Part shown: positions 1-9,848 of the stretch, piece by piece | Layout of the letters: each line of letters begins with the position of its first letter | Position numbering within the stretch: the stretch's first letter is position 1 | NCBI GenBank assembly: GCA_964504665.1 | Contig: CAZDEH010000003.1 | Coordinates: 1,140 to 65,139 of the forward strand | From: an uncultured Gammaproteobacteria bacterium | GTDB lineage: Bacteria; Patescibacteriota; Microgenomatia; Daviesbacterales; UBA10151 | Length of the DNA: 64,000 nucleotides | Direction: 5' to 3' | Notes under the pieces: generated by a model | The model's database searches: none | Told to the model about the DNA's origin: nothing | What the model saw: only the letters and a program-made list of their open reading frames with translations | Made by a program: the position numbers and the translations under genes

Positions 1-1928
1 TTCTGGGGGCAAATATTTTATCGACCATATTTTCCATCGATACACATGTTTCCATTTGGGGATATTATTCCAGATCAAATGGGGGACTTGTATCAATTTT
101 CTCTTATACCTTACTTTATTTTGCTCTTGTGTCTAACATATCCCGTGAATATGCTATGAAATTCTTAAAATCGGCGGTAGCGGGAGGCACGGTAATCACT
201 CTTTATGCAATCCCAGAACATTTTGGCGTCTCTCCTTCCTGTATATTTTTAACAGGACAATTTAGTGCAAATTGTTGGGTGCAAGATGTCCAAACCAGGG
301 TATTTGCTACTCTTGGTCAGCCAAACTGGCTGGCAGCATACTTGGCGATGCTTATCTTCCCTGTTTTATATTTTGTTCTGACTACCAAAAACAAATTTTC
401 CACTATATTTTATGCTTTTACCTCTATACTTTTTTATCTCGCTTTTACCTTTACATATTCCAGAGGAGCAACTTTAGGACTTCTGGCAGGATTTGCAGTT
501 TTCCTGGGGGCATTTTTATGCGTCCACCTCGGAGGTGGAAAGCTAAATCTAAATAAATCCATACTAATAATTTTATCGGCGTTTATCCTTATTAATCTAT
601 TTTTTGGTTCTGCTCTTACCAGCTTTAAATTATTATCCAAATTTGCCCCTCCTCCCAGACCTGGGGTAATTACCAAAGTCCCACCTAACTCTGGTACCCA
701 ACTGGAAAACGGAGGCACAGAATCCGGGGCTATCAGATTAATTGTGTGGCGCGGGGAAATAGACATCTGGAGGCACTTTCCTGTCCTGGGTACCGGAGTA
801 GAAACGTTTGCTTTTTCCTACTACAGTTTTAGACCTCCGGAACACAACCTGGTTTCCGAGTGGGATTTTCTTTATAACAAAGCCCACAATGAGTTCTTAA
901 ATTATCTTGCTAATACTGGTTTAGTGGGATTTTTAAGCTATACGATACTGATATTAACCTTCATATTTTGGTCAATTAAAAAAATTATTTCTCCTAAAGC
1001 AGACAATCGTTTACTGCTTATCGCAATTTTAGCATCGCTTGTAAGTTATCACGTTCAAAATTTTTTTGGTTTTTCTGTAGTAATTATCGCTGTTTTTTTC
1101 TACCTATTCCCAGCCTTAGCATTTATTACCACAGATTCTCTAAGACCATTTAAAATTCCCTCCAGCTTCTATCTTCTATCTTCCGGCTTCCAGCTAATCT
1201 ACCGTCGTCCAATTTACACCAAACTGGCAAAGATAGCGGTTATCATCATTTCAACCTCAATCATCATCACTCTTACCAGACATTATTGGGCTGATACTTA
1301 TTTTGCCTCAGGTAATAGTGCCTCTGACGCGGGTAATTCTGGAAAAGCTTATAATAAATTTATCGAGGCAGTATCTCTGAGTCCAGGAGAACCATATTAT
1401 CGTTCAGAGTTAGCATATGCTGCAGCAGCGTCTGCTGTAGCCTTATCGGAAGAAGACGCCACAATTAGCGCCAGATTAAAAACTGAAGCAATAAAAGTAA
1501 CTGAACAGGTGTTGAAAGAAAGTCCTAAAAATGTATCTTTTTATAGAACAGCCATCAGAACTTATTACTATCTCTCAATTCTTGACAAGCAATTTACAGC
1601 AAAAACTTTACAAACTCTCAATCAAACCATTACTTTAGCTCCTACTGATGCAAAATTACTTTACAATAAGGCTGTAATTTTAGGACAGACAGGCAGAAAT
1701 CAGGAAGCTATTCAAGCACTTGAAAAAACTGTTATTTTAAAACCAAATTACCGGGATGCTTATTATACTTTAGGACTTTTCTATTTTGATAGCGCTAGCG
1801 ATCAAAAGAGCTCCGCTCATCTTGATGATAAGCAAAAAGATAAAGCTAGGGAGCAAATGAAAAAAGTACTTCAACTAATTCCGGGAGATTCAGAGGCTAC
1901 AGAAAAGTTAAAGGAATGGGGTCAGTGA
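1..1928 (+). CDS. O-antigen ligase-like (Wzy_C) polytopic membrane protein with C-terminal TPR repeats; 5' end probably beyond the window (frame is open from nt 3, and the GTG at 129 is only the first in-window start)
   Basis: Multi-TM N-terminal region; motif GTGVETFAFSYY...EWDFLYNKAHNEFLNYLANTGLVGF typical of the Wzy_C/O-antigen ligase family; C-terminal TPR-like repeats (YNKAVILGQTGRNQEAIQALEKTVILKPNYRDAYYTLGLFYF). No in-frame stop between nt 3 and 129. Confidence 0.6.
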   Translation, partial: LGANILSTIFSIDTHVSIWGYYSRSNGGLVSIFSYTLLYFALVSNISREYAMKFLKSAVAGGTVITLYAIPEHFGVSPSCIFLTGQFSANCWVQDVQTRVFATLGQPNWLAAYLAMLIFPVLYFVLTTKNKFSTIFYAFTSILFYLAFTFTYSRGATLGLLAGFAVFLGAFLCVHLGGGKLNLNKSILIILSAFILINLFFGSALTSFKLLSKFAPPPRPGVITKVPPNSGTQLENGGTESGAIRLIVWRGEIDIWRHFPVLGTGVETFAFSYYSFRPPEHNLVSEWDFLYNKAHNEFLNYLANTGLVGFLSYTILILTFIFWSIKKIISPKADNRLLLIAILASLVSYHVQNFFGFSVVIIAVFFYLFPALAFITTDSLRPFKIPSSFYLLSSGFQLIYRRPIYTKLAKIAVIIISTSIIITLTRHYWADTYFASGNSASDAGNSGKAYNKFIEAVSLSPGEPYYRSELAYAAAASAVALSEEDATISARLKTEAIKVTEQVLKESPKNVSFYRTAIRTYYYLSILDKQFTAKTLQTLNQTITLAPTDAKLLYNKAVILGQTGRNQEAIQALEKTVILKPNYRDAYYTLGLFYFDSASDQKSSAHLDDKQKDKAREQMKKVLQLIPGDSEATEKLKEWGQ

Positions 1929-2191
1929 AAAAAATTGGTCAAATTATTGATGAAACTAAACATCCAAACCGCCCTAAAAATCTTTCTACAGAGTTCCAGG
2001 TTTATGGTGTATATTTAGCCGAAGAATTAGATGATACCAAACATTATTCTCTTTATATTAAGCTAGCTAAAATTCATAAACGTGAGATGCTGGACGACGC
2101 TTTAACTTATGCCAAGGATTACACCAGAGCCAAATCCAAAGCCAAAATCTTCATGTGGAAATTAAAACAACTTAAGCAAATCAACCTATAG
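1916..2191 (+). CDS. hypothetical small protein
   Basis: ORF only; Lys-rich, no recognisable motif. Confidence 0.3.
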   Translation: MGSVKKIGQIIDETKHPNRPKNLSTEFQVYGVYLAEELDDTKHYSLYIKLAKIHKREMLDDALTYAKDYTRAKSKAKIFMWKLKQLKQINL

Positions 2192-2261
2192 TGGTTTGAC
2201 TTCTTTCCCCAGACTGATTATAATTCGCTTAGAATAATCTTGATAATGATCAAACCATAAT

Positions 2262-3044
2262 ATGATTTACGAGTTTGAACCGAAACAATTTATTTATAAC
2301 CGAACCGGTATCCTTGCAACAACTACTGCTGTTAATGAGGAAATTGCAGCACAATTTATGCGTCTTTCAGATCTTCGACGTAATATTGTCATTGTTGATT
2401 CTGGTAAAGAACCTGAATCTAATACTGTAACAGTTAGTTCTGACACTTTAGCCTGGCGTGCTGTTGCACCGTTAAGTGAACTTACAAAAACTGTTTTAAG
2501 ACCTAAACAATTTCATCAAATAGAAATTGTTGATCAGCAATATGTAGTCCAAATCCATGAGCAAATAATTGATGATAATATCAGAAAGAAAAGTTATTTT
2601 GATCACGAAGATTACGAAAGAAAATATCTTACAAGACTCAAAAAAGAAGTTAAAGATGCATCAGCTGAGATTTTATGGAATGAAAAGATTGGATTTTCTC
2701 AACAAACAAGAAATTGGTTATTATATTCTTTACCACTAGCAGTAATAGTTACGGATCTTATTAGAAGAGACTACCCCGGCGCATTAATTCAAGCAGGGAT
2801 ATTAATTGGATTTACAAACCCGATGCTAAACGTAATGGAAAATGACTATTTCAATAGAACTATGCAATATTTGAACCAAAGAAGACCCTTTTCTGTACCG
2901 GGATTTCAAGTGTTTATACCTCCTTATAGAAACCCAAGATCTTGGAAAAAAGCATTTTACCCTCTTTTCCCTATTGATAAATGGGTTCAGGGAAGAATAT
3001 TTTTAGCAAAACATGGACAAGAACTAATTACTGCTAAAACTTGA
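2262..3044 (+). CDS. hypothetical protein
   Basis: 260-aa ORF with coding-like composition and no family motif recognised; followed by a GC-rich hairpin. Confidence 0.4.
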   Translation: MIYEFEPKQFIYNRTGILATTTAVNEEIAAQFMRLSDLRRNIVIVDSGKEPESNTVTVSSDTLAWRAVAPLSELTKTVLRPKQFHQIEIVDQQYVVQIHEQIIDDNIRKKSYFDHEDYERKYLTRLKKEVKDASAEILWNEKIGFSQQTRNWLLYSLPLAVIVTDLIRRDYPGALIQAGILIGFTNPMLNVMENDYFNRTMQYLNQRRPFSVPGFQVFIPPYRNPRSWKKAFYPLFPIDKWVQGRIFLAKHGQELITAKT

Positions 3045-3117
3045 TCTTTAGCCACACAAGTGGACGTCTTGTGTGCCTAAATTAGAAAAACAGCCTCAAG
3101 TCTGGTAAAATACACTA

Positions 3118-3636
3118 ATGCAAATTGTGAAGGCACCTGATCAAAGACTGAGGACAAAAACTAAAATTGTAAAAAAAATAACTCCAGAGCTGTTAAAACT
3201 GGCATCCAGTATGATCAAATTTGCCCAAAGTTTCCAGGATCCTGAAGGAGTTGGGTTATCTACTAATCAAATAGGCAAAACAGAAAGATTTTTCGTGGCT
3301 AAAATAGGAGAGGAATTTCTCCCTTTCTTTAATCCAATGATCCATTCTTTTTCTCCTAAGACCAAAATCTTTTTTGAAGGATGTTTATCTATTCCGGATT
3401 ATTATGGAGAAACAAAACGCCCTATTTCTGTAAAAGTTTCTTATCAAAATGAAAAAGGAGAAAAAATCTCCAAAACCCTAAGGGGTATCTCTTCCTGGAT
3501 TTTTCAGCATGAAGTTGACCATATGAACGGTATATTATTCATGGAGAGGGTACTTGAATCTAAAGGTAAGGTTTTTAAACTGGCTGGAAAAGATAAAGCA
3601 GGGTCTGATGTTTTTGAGGAGATAAAAATACTTTAA
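3118..3636 (+). CDS. def: peptide deformylase
   Basis: The three PDF motifs are present: GVGLSTNQIG (motif 1), EGCLSIPD (motif 2), HEVDHMNG (motif 3). Confidence 0.85.
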   Translation: MQIVKAPDQRLRTKTKIVKKITPELLKLASSMIKFAQSFQDPEGVGLSTNQIGKTERFFVAKIGEEFLPFFNPMIHSFSPKTKIFFEGCLSIPDYYGETKRPISVKVSYQNEKGEKISKTLRGISSWIFQHEVDHMNGILFMERVLESKGKVFKLAGKDKAGSDVFEEIKIL

Positions 3637-4391
3637 GCTTTTCTAACTACAATCATCACTTTATTTATACCATCTATAGGTTGATGATAACCAGTAGGAT
3701 AATCTCTGATAGCGCGATAAAATATTTGTTCAGGGTACCTATACAGTTCCCCTTCTTTAATGCCTGGATCATTAGTAATAATTTCACCCTTTGTATCATC
3801 AAATCCCCGCACCACAATATTGTGCCTTTCCGGACCAGGAGGAGTAAAATGAGGATTGTTTAAAGCTTGTCCATTAGCTGGTACTATGACCAAATTTCCC
3901 TTGATAATCTCCGTTTTAATATCTTCCAGTGTGATATTATCCCTCACTTCAAATTGATCATAGTTGAAATAGCCTGAAATCAATCTGTTGGCAGTATCTT
4001 TCGTAGATGTATCCCTAAATTCCTGATATTTTTCACTTTGATATGCTGACATCGCTAAAATTTCCTCGCGAGCTTTGGCTTTATCAATTGTTAATCCTTT
4101 AGCCCAAAAAACAACCAACAGAGCTGCTGCTTCTTCACATCCATCCTGAAACCTAGGGTCTTTCCACTCAGCAAAGGGAGCTTGGGGGGCAAAAGGAACA
4201 TTTTCAATTAGAATCTGGGATTGACGAGTTATAGTTGGTTTTATCTGGGTTAATGTAACTGTTGGCATTAGTGTTGGCGTTGGTTTTGGTGTTAGTGGGA
4301 TTGGTCTTTCCAAGCTGACTTGCTTTGGTATTATTATATATATGACTACAATCACAAAAATCAACATAAATAACACTAGAAATCTGTTCAT
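3633..4391 (-). CDS. membrane-anchored papain-fold (peptidase C39-like) cysteine peptidase candidate
   Basis: N-terminal TM helix (probable start MNRFLVLFML at 4391), a Pro/Thr linker, then a domain with QDGCEEAAALLV resembling the catalytic Cys region of C39_2-like peptidases common in CPR. Upstream in-frame codons to 4574 would overlap fmt. Confidence 0.4.
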   Translation of the reverse strand: MNRFLVLFMLIFVIVVIYIIIPKQVSLERPIPLTPKPTPTLMPTVTLTQIKPTITRQSQILIENVPFAPQAPFAEWKDPRFQDGCEEAAALLVVFWAKGLTIDKAKAREEILAMSAYQSEKYQEFRDTSTKDTANRLISGYFNYDQFEVRDNITLEDIKTEIIKGNLVIVPANGQALNNPHFTPPGPERHNIVVRGFDDTKGEIITNDPGIKEGELYRYPEQIFYRAIRDYPTGYHQPIDGINKVMIVVRKA

Positions 4392-4431
4392 TTTATGGAT
4401 AATATCATTTTTCTGGTAAAATATCCCATAT

Positions 4432-5286
4432 ATGAAAAAACCTAAGTTGAAAGTGGTCTTTTTTGGGACACCTGATTTTGTGATTCCGGTTTTAACAACT
4501 TTAATCAAAAATTTTGATGTTGTTGGAGTTGTGACTGCACCAGATAAAGCAGTTGGCAGAAAACAAATCCTCACTCCCTCACCAATTAATTTAGCCTCAC
4601 AAGCCGAGGGCTTGCGAGGCTATAATCTTAAAATATTTACTCCCGAAAAATTAGATGAGGAGTTAGCCAAAAAAATATATAAATTAAAATCTGATCTATT
4701 TGTAATGGCTTCTTATGGCAAAATTATTCCACAATTTATTTTAGATATTCCCAAATTTGGTGCTATCAATATCCACCCGTCACTACTACCAAAGTACCGA
4801 GGACCTTCTCCCATCCAATCTGCTATTTTAAATGGTGATAAAATTTCCGGGATTTCCATTATGAAGATGGATGCCAAAATGGACCATGGACCTGTTATTT
4901 ATGCAGAAGAGTTTAGATTATCAAGTCTAGATAATTTTCAAACTTTGAGTATAAATATGTTTCTTCGTTCTGCCGAAATTTTATCTAAAATAATTACCGC
5001 ATTTATAAGCGGTAAATTAATTCTTACATCACAAGACGATATAAAAGCTACTTATTGTAAGTTGGTTACTAAAGAAGATGGATATTTTGATATTGATAAT
5101 CCTGCCTCTCCAGTAAAATTAGATCAAATGGTCAGAGCCTATTATCCCTGGCCCACAGCTTGGACTAAGTGGGAAGGTAAAATTGTTAAATTTTTACCAG
5201 GAAATATGGTCCAGCTAGAAGGCAAAAAGCCAGTTCAATTAGAAGATTTCTTAAGAGGTTATCCTAATTTCCCGTTAAAATCCTGA
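4432..5286 (+). CDS. fmt: methionyl-tRNA formyltransferase
   Basis: KVVFFGTPDFVIPVL N-terminus; NIHPSLLPKYRG plus a formyltransferase SLD-like motif; def-fmt neighbourhood. Contains an in-frame GC-rich palindrome (4592-4622). Confidence 0.85.
   Translation: MKKPKLKVVFFGTPDFVIPVLTTLIKNFDVVGVVTAPDKAVGRKQILTPSPINLASQAEGLRGYNLKIFTPEKLDEELAKKIYKLKSDLFVMASYGKIIPQFILDIPKFGAINIHPSLLPKYRGPSPIQSAILNGDKISGISIMKMDAKMDHGPVIYAEEFRLSSLDNFQTLSINMFLRSAEILSKIITAFISGKLILTSQDDIKATYCKLVTKEDGYFDIDNPASPVKLDQMVRAYYPWPTAWTKWEGKIVKFLPGNMVQLEGKKPVQLEDFLRGYPNFPLKS
4592..4622. repeat. REP-like GC-rich palindrome, family A (tagcctcacaagcc-gag-ggcttgcgaggcta), in-frame inside fmt, encoding LASQAEGLRG
   Basis: Imperfect inverted repeat seen directly; same core (gcctcgcaagg...ccttgcgaggc) at 28989-29017 and 48006-48035, all in the same codon phase. 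Confidence 0.7.
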
Positions 5287-5394
5287 TCTAATCAAACTCT
5301 TGACAAGAATAGTTTGTAAAAGGTAAACTCTTTTCTAAATTCCCTGCCTTTATCTCCTGCTCAATTAAAATGCCAGAAGCAGTTCTTTATTTAA

Positions 5395-5727
5395 ATGAAA
5401 CTTATGAACGAACGTGAAAGTAAGGGATTAAAATTAACAGTACAAGAGTTACCTTTTGATCCACCTGATTTATGGATACCAGAATTAAGAGTTGGTGTCA
5501 TTGGTATAAAGAATCAGTTCTTAAGGAGAGCGAAATTACTACAAGCAGCAACTTTAAAAGCACAGGGGATAATCGATGCCAATCAAAGCGATACCAGATT
5601 GACTGAAGGAGATCCAAGAATAGAACTTCTACCTACTGCTATGTTTTTCATGGAAAATTTAGAACAAGTAAGTAGGTCTTTACGAGCCGGACATGAATTG
5701 CTTATAGAGAAAGACATTATAGAATAA
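5395..5727 (+). CDS. hypothetical protein
   Basis: ORF only. Confidence 0.35.
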   Translation: MKLMNERESKGLKLTVQELPFDPPDLWIPELRVGVIGIKNQFLRRAKLLQAATLKAQGIIDANQSDTRLTEGDPRIELLPTAMFFMENLEQVSRSLRAGHELLIEKDIIE

Positions 5728-5949
5728 TGAGCTTCTAAATTAAAGAAAGATCTTTAATAATTAATAGAACTCTTAAAAGAACTTAACCTCACCAGGCGTT
5801 GCCTGGGAGTTTATTAACCTTACTAACCTTTCATAACCTTCATCTTCCATTTTTGTCAATGAAGTTAATGGAGACAAGGAGCAACATTGTAAGAATTTTT
5901 ACTTTAAAAAATACCTTCTTCTGTGTTATATTATTATTGATTAAATATT

Positions 5950-6186
5950 ATGGAACAGCGAGAAAAACGTTGCAGGAGTTGTGAATTTATTAAACGATTG
6001 TCCTCAGAAGATATAATTGCAGTCAACAAAGCTCTGGCAGGAATGAGAGACCGCCCATATACCAATCATTGTGGCAAATTAAGATTATTAGTTGCCAGAG
6101 AAGATCTTCCCTTTACCACCCGATTTCCAGAAGAAACATTTCCTAACGTACAAGTAAAATCTTGTCACTCTCCTCGCTTAATCTAA
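5950..6186 (+). CDS. hypothetical small Cys-containing protein
   Basis: ORF only (RCRSCEF...HCGKL). Confidence 0.25.
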   Translation: MEQREKRCRSCEFIKRLSSEDIIAVNKALAGMRDRPYTNHCGKLRLLVAREDLPFTTRFPEETFPNVQVKSCHSPRLI

Positions 6187-6287
6187 AAAGATAGACTTAT
6201 AGCAATTTATTAAGAAAACCTATAATATATAAATAGCTTTATTTTAGAGCTTCCATTAACACACTATTATCGAATCTCTCTATGTTA

Positions 6288-7394
6288 TTATCGGAGACCT
6301 TCTAGTAACATAGAGTAGAACCTGAGATTGTGGATTGTAGCTAACCTAATAGATAAAACGTCCTGGATTTTAAATAAATGATGTAAATAGGCACGGGAAT
6401 ATTCCCTACAGGTTAAACAATCACAAAATTTACTGACTGGATCCATCGATTTTTCATATTTAGCGCTCCCAAAGTATAAGTTCGAGTAACAACTTCCTTC
6501 AATTAATCCTTGTTTAGTAGGAAGTTTGGTAAAAACGTATAACTTTTTATGGCGGGCTTCCCGGGTTGGGATCACGCAGTCAAAGATTCCATAACCCCAA
6601 CCAACACAGTCAACAATATTTTCCGGTCTACCCACCCCCAAAGCATATTTTGGTTTATTGTCTGGTAATAATGAGGCTGTATACTTTACAATTTCAGACA
6701 AAAATTTCCCATCAGCAACCGGAAAACCACCAAAACAATAACCATCAAAGCCAATTTTGATCAGCTCTTTAGCACAATATTTCCTTAAATTTTTATCATT
6801 TCCACCCTGAACAACTGCAAAAAGAAGAGGTTTAGCCTTGCAAGGATACACCTTGCGAAGCTGGGGCTGGCTAGTAGTTAATTTATTAAACTCATCTTTT
6901 GACCTTTTTGCCCACTTAATAGTCCTTTCTACTGAAATTTTTTGTTCATCAAATGAGCATTCCGGCTTAGTACAATCATCCAAAACTATAGCTATATCTG
7001 TACCCAACCGTAGTTGTAACTGAATTGATTTTTCAGGAGTCAGAACTATTTTTTGTGCTCCATTTGGCTTAAAAATAATTTCTTTATCCCTGATAACTCC
7101 AAATTGTGGATTATCATGGATCAAAGACATTACCTGGAAGCCCCCAGAATCGGTTATGATGGGTCTTGTCCACCTCATAAAGTAGTGAATACCGTCAAAA
7201 CTTTTAATTCTTTGGCTGAGTGCATCTGATAACAGATGATAGGTATTAATAACTAAACCCTCAACCTGAGCATTTTCTAAATCCGTGGCATCAACTCCCC
7301 TTACTACTCCCCTTGTTCCATCAGGGAAAAAGGTAGGCAGAGTTATTTGACCATGAAGAGTCTGTAAGTGACTTAAGCAACTGGATGAGAACAT
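6288..7394 (-). CDS. tgt: queuine tRNA-ribosyltransferase (tRNA-guanine transglycosylase)
   Basis: DSGGFQV, ALGVGRPE, FDCVIPTR and the zinc motif CDCLTCREYSRAYLHHL. Confidence 0.85.
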   Translation of the reverse strand: MFSSSCLSHLQTLHGQITLPTFFPDGTRGVVRGVDATDLENAQVEGLVINTYHLLSDALSQRIKSFDGIHYFMRWTRPIITDSGGFQVMSLIHDNPQFGVIRDKEIIFKPNGAQKIVLTPEKSIQLQLRLGTDIAIVLDDCTKPECSFDEQKISVERTIKWAKRSKDEFNKLTTSQPQLRKVYPCKAKPLLFAVVQGGNDKNLRKYCAKELIKIGFDGYCFGGFPVADGKFLSEIVKYTASLLPDNKPKYALGVGRPENIVDCVGWGYGIFDCVIPTREARHKKLYVFTKLPTKQGLIEGSCYSNLYFGSAKYEKSMDPVSKFCDCLTCREYSRAYLHHLFKIQDVLSIRLATIHNLRFYSMLLEGLR

Positions 7395-7396
7395 TT

Positions 7397-7630
7397 TTAT
7401 AAAGTTGCAGGAGAAATAGGAATAGCTCTATTAGCTTCTACTGATTTTCGAACAATCCTTAAACATTTACTACACAGTTTCATTCCCTGATAAGTATGTA
7501 AGTTTGGGTACTGGGTCTTTTTGTGAATTTGAGCACGGAGAGACCACTGGGATGCTCCCGATGAACCCTTTTTATGTTTAGAAACCGCTACCTTATGAAT
7601 TCCTTTTGCACAAAGTTGACACATCATCAT
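7397..7630 (-). CDS. rpmB: ribosomal protein L28-like (zinc-ribbon type) candidate
   Basis: Starting from the MMM run: MMMCQLCAKG...SKH...KKTQYPNLHTYQ...KLCSKCLRIV parallels Zn-binding L28 (M..C..CGK...SH...KRT.R.F.PNL...C..C). Call is weak. Confidence 0.4.
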   Translation of the reverse strand: MMMCQLCAKGIHKVAVSKHKKGSSGASQWSLRAQIHKKTQYPNLHTYQGMKLCSKCLRIVRKSVEANRAIPISPATL

Positions 7631-7649
7631 AAAGGTAAATATACCATGT

Positions 7650-8684
7650 TTATCGCGTTTCTGCAACGCTATCATCAGATCTCCCTAACCCAGTAATTTC
7701 CTTCAGCCTTTGAGTAGCTAAAGTAAAAGATTTGCTGTCTCCATCCATTCCAAAATGATAGGTATATGTATTTGCTGCAAACAGAGTTTTATTTTCCGAC
7801 CTCAATTTCCGAATTTCATGACTAGTCGGTTCATGTTGTAGAATTTTATTTAAACAAAACCATTCATCGATTATCTCCCTCTCTGACGTACAATAATGTT
7901 TGCCTATACGGTTTCTCAACTTCTCCAGTTGGGCTTCTTTTTTTGGAGTAACTGAGTGAACATGTTCTGCAAAGACTTTTTGGTCTCGTAAAACACCAAT
8001 ACAGACACCACTTATTCCTTCGTGTTTACTATGATCACGTTGTAATCTGGAACTAGAAACACCTCCTGTGTAGAGTAAATCCCCTAAACAATTGGCTATC
8101 TTTGTATAACTTGTATTTAGTTTAATATAATTAGACCTTACACTCCCTCTTAACTCGAAAAATCCTTCCAAAAAACCCCATATGTAATCAGGATTTGTAT
8201 AAATCCAATTATGCTTATTAACTAAAGTTTCAGTCCACAAAGAACGCCTGAGATCACCAAAAGCTATAGCTAAAGATTTTGAATAGAAAATTGCATTATC
8301 TCTCATTAAATATACATTAACTCTGAACAAATCCTCCACGACCGACTGAAAAGTTTCTAACAGTTCTTTGTTTGAGCTATAAACTTCTACATTATACCCC
8401 CTATTTCCAAGTGCAACATAACCACCTCCAGAGACTAAACCTACTAACCAAGCTAACTTGCGTGAAGGTGTTAGTACCTCTGGGTAAATTATTTTTGACA
8501 TAAAATGCCTTTCCCGAGTCAAGTCTGCTCTCTTTAATGTATTGGATACACTATAAACACTTTTATAACGAAACCTTTCCTGAAGTTCTTCTAATGAAGA
8601 TAGCTTCCTAATTTCCCTAGCTTTATATTGTTCAATTTCTGTTCTGACAAACTGTCTTAATGCATCTGCTCTTTCTTTTGACAT
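7650..8684 (-). CDS. double-motif LAGLIDADG-like protein (paralog 1)
   Basis: LAWLVGLVSGGGYV and IWGFLEGFFELRGSV resemble LAGLIDADG motifs 1 and 2; clear paralogy to the next ORF (HNWIYTNPDYIWGF / HSWIMSNPEYIWGF; FAEHVHSVTPKKE / FAEYVHSVCPEKE; TYHFG / SYHFG). Confidence 0.5.
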   Translation of the reverse strand: MSKERADALRQFVRTEIEQYKAREIRKLSSLEELQERFRYKSVYSVSNTLKRADLTRERHFMSKIIYPEVLTPSRKLAWLVGLVSGGGYVALGNRGYNVEVYSSNKELLETFQSVVEDLFRVNVYLMRDNAIFYSKSLAIAFGDLRRSLWTETLVNKHNWIYTNPDYIWGFLEGFFELRGSVRSNYIKLNTSYTKIANCLGDLLYTGGVSSSRLQRDHSKHEGISGVCIGVLRDQKVFAEHVHSVTPKKEAQLEKLRNRIGKHYCTSEREIIDEWFCLNKILQHEPTSHEIRKLRSENKTLFAANTYTYHFGMDGDSKSFTLATQRLKEITGLGRSDDSVAETR

Positions 8685-8690
8685 AGATTT

Positions 8691-9848
8691 TTATCTTTCC
8701 TGATCTTCAATTATCCTTTCCAAATTAACTCTGGCAACACTAAATTTTCCCTCTCCGAAATGGTAAGAAAAGGTTGTAGCAGAATGCTCAATAATACCTT
8801 TTTCTCTTAAGTTTTCTATAAATGGAATTGTAGGTAGTTTGCCTCTTTGTTTTAAACTGAATTCTCTTACCAATAAATATTGTTCAACCAACTGTCCCTC
8901 TGATAATACTCTAGTATAAGGTGTAGGTAACTTGGCTTCTACTAAGGATAAATTTCTATAGTAATTAAGTTTTTCTTCTTTTTCAGGGCAAACAGAATGA
9001 ACATATTCGGCAAAAAATTTTAAATCACGGAGATTGAGAACACCTAATCCACTAATGCCTCCACTCTCCGTTTGCGACATAAGTAATCTCGGTCTTGCAA
9101 TATTAACTCTTTGGAAAAGTTCAGCCATAAAATTAATGTTGTTTGGATAGTTTGTTGAATAAACAAGTCCTTTTCCGTATTGTAAATACATACTAGTTTC
9201 AAAAACAGCTCGAATAAAACCCCAGATATACTCGGGATTAGACATAATCCAGGAATGTTTTATGGCAACTGTATCCGACCAATGATCCTTACGTAAATCT
9301 CCTAAAAATCGTGCAGATGGACGATCATAAAATCTGGCTAGCTCATATTGACGACCTTTTTTATCTGTTCTAATATCAATTCTTGCCATGTCACTCTGAA
9401 AGAGTTCTTCACCGACATTCTGAAATTGGGCAATCAGACGAGGATTAAACGTCGGTATTGAAATTGCTCCGCTTGATCGCTGTACTGTTCCCTCCTCCGA
9501 TAATAAACCTATCATCCAGGCTAAATTATAAGAAGGTGAGATCCTGGTACCAAACTCTACTCTAGCTAAACGTCTTTGTTCTACTAACCCTTCAGATCTC
9601 AATATATTGTAAACCGAGGCAAAACCGCGATAACTAAACAATAACCCCAATTCATCAGGAGTTGACAGGTGATTGATTTCTCCACTACGGAGTCTATTGA
9701 TTTCTTCTCTAGAAAAATCTAGTAATGCTTCTCTTCTAAATTTTCTCTCTGGGTTCATATTTTCAAATCTCCTGAGGTAAAAGGATGCGCCTGATATACT
9801 ATCGTCCAGTGCGGGCGTCTTTTTGTGCATCTTCAAGATCTCGGTCAA
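8691..9848 (-). CDS. double-motif LAGLIDADG-like protein (paralog 2)
   Basis: LAWMIGLLSEEGTV and IWGFIRAVFETSMYL; tandem paralog of 7650-8684. Confidence 0.5.
   Translation of the reverse strand: MTEILKMHKKTPALDDSISGASFYLRRFENMNPERKFRREALLDFSREEINRLRSGEINHLSTPDELGLLFSYRGFASVYNILRSEGLVEQRRLARVEFGTRISPSYNLAWMIGLLSEEGTVQRSSGAISIPTFNPRLIAQFQNVGEELFQSDMARIDIRTDKKGRQYELARFYDRPSARFLGDLRKDHWSDTVAIKHSWIMSNPEYIWGFIRAVFETSMYLQYGKGLVYSTNYPNNINFMAELFQRVNIARPRLLMSQTESGGISGLGVLNLRDLKFFAEYVHSVCPEKEEKLNYYRNLSLVEAKLPTPYTRVLSEGQLVEQYLLVREFSLKQRGKLPTIPFIENLREKGIIEHSATTFSYHFGEGKFSVARVNLERIIEDQER

Noticed and set aside
272-766. Internal ORFs (272-556 +, 434-766 -) inside the O-antigen-ligase-like gene
   Set aside because: Nested in or antisense to a longer ORF with recognisable membrane-protein features.
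4592-4622. Interpreting family A elements as pure insertions adding ~10 aa
   Set aside because: Comparison from memory with E. coli Fmt and typical PBP GT51 regions suggests similar local lengths, so partial replacement is equally possible; kept open in the finding rather than asserted.
5799-5984. 61-aa ORF containing the ccaggcgttgcctgg hairpin
   Set aside because: Very short, no start context, overlaps a hairpin; treated as non-coding.
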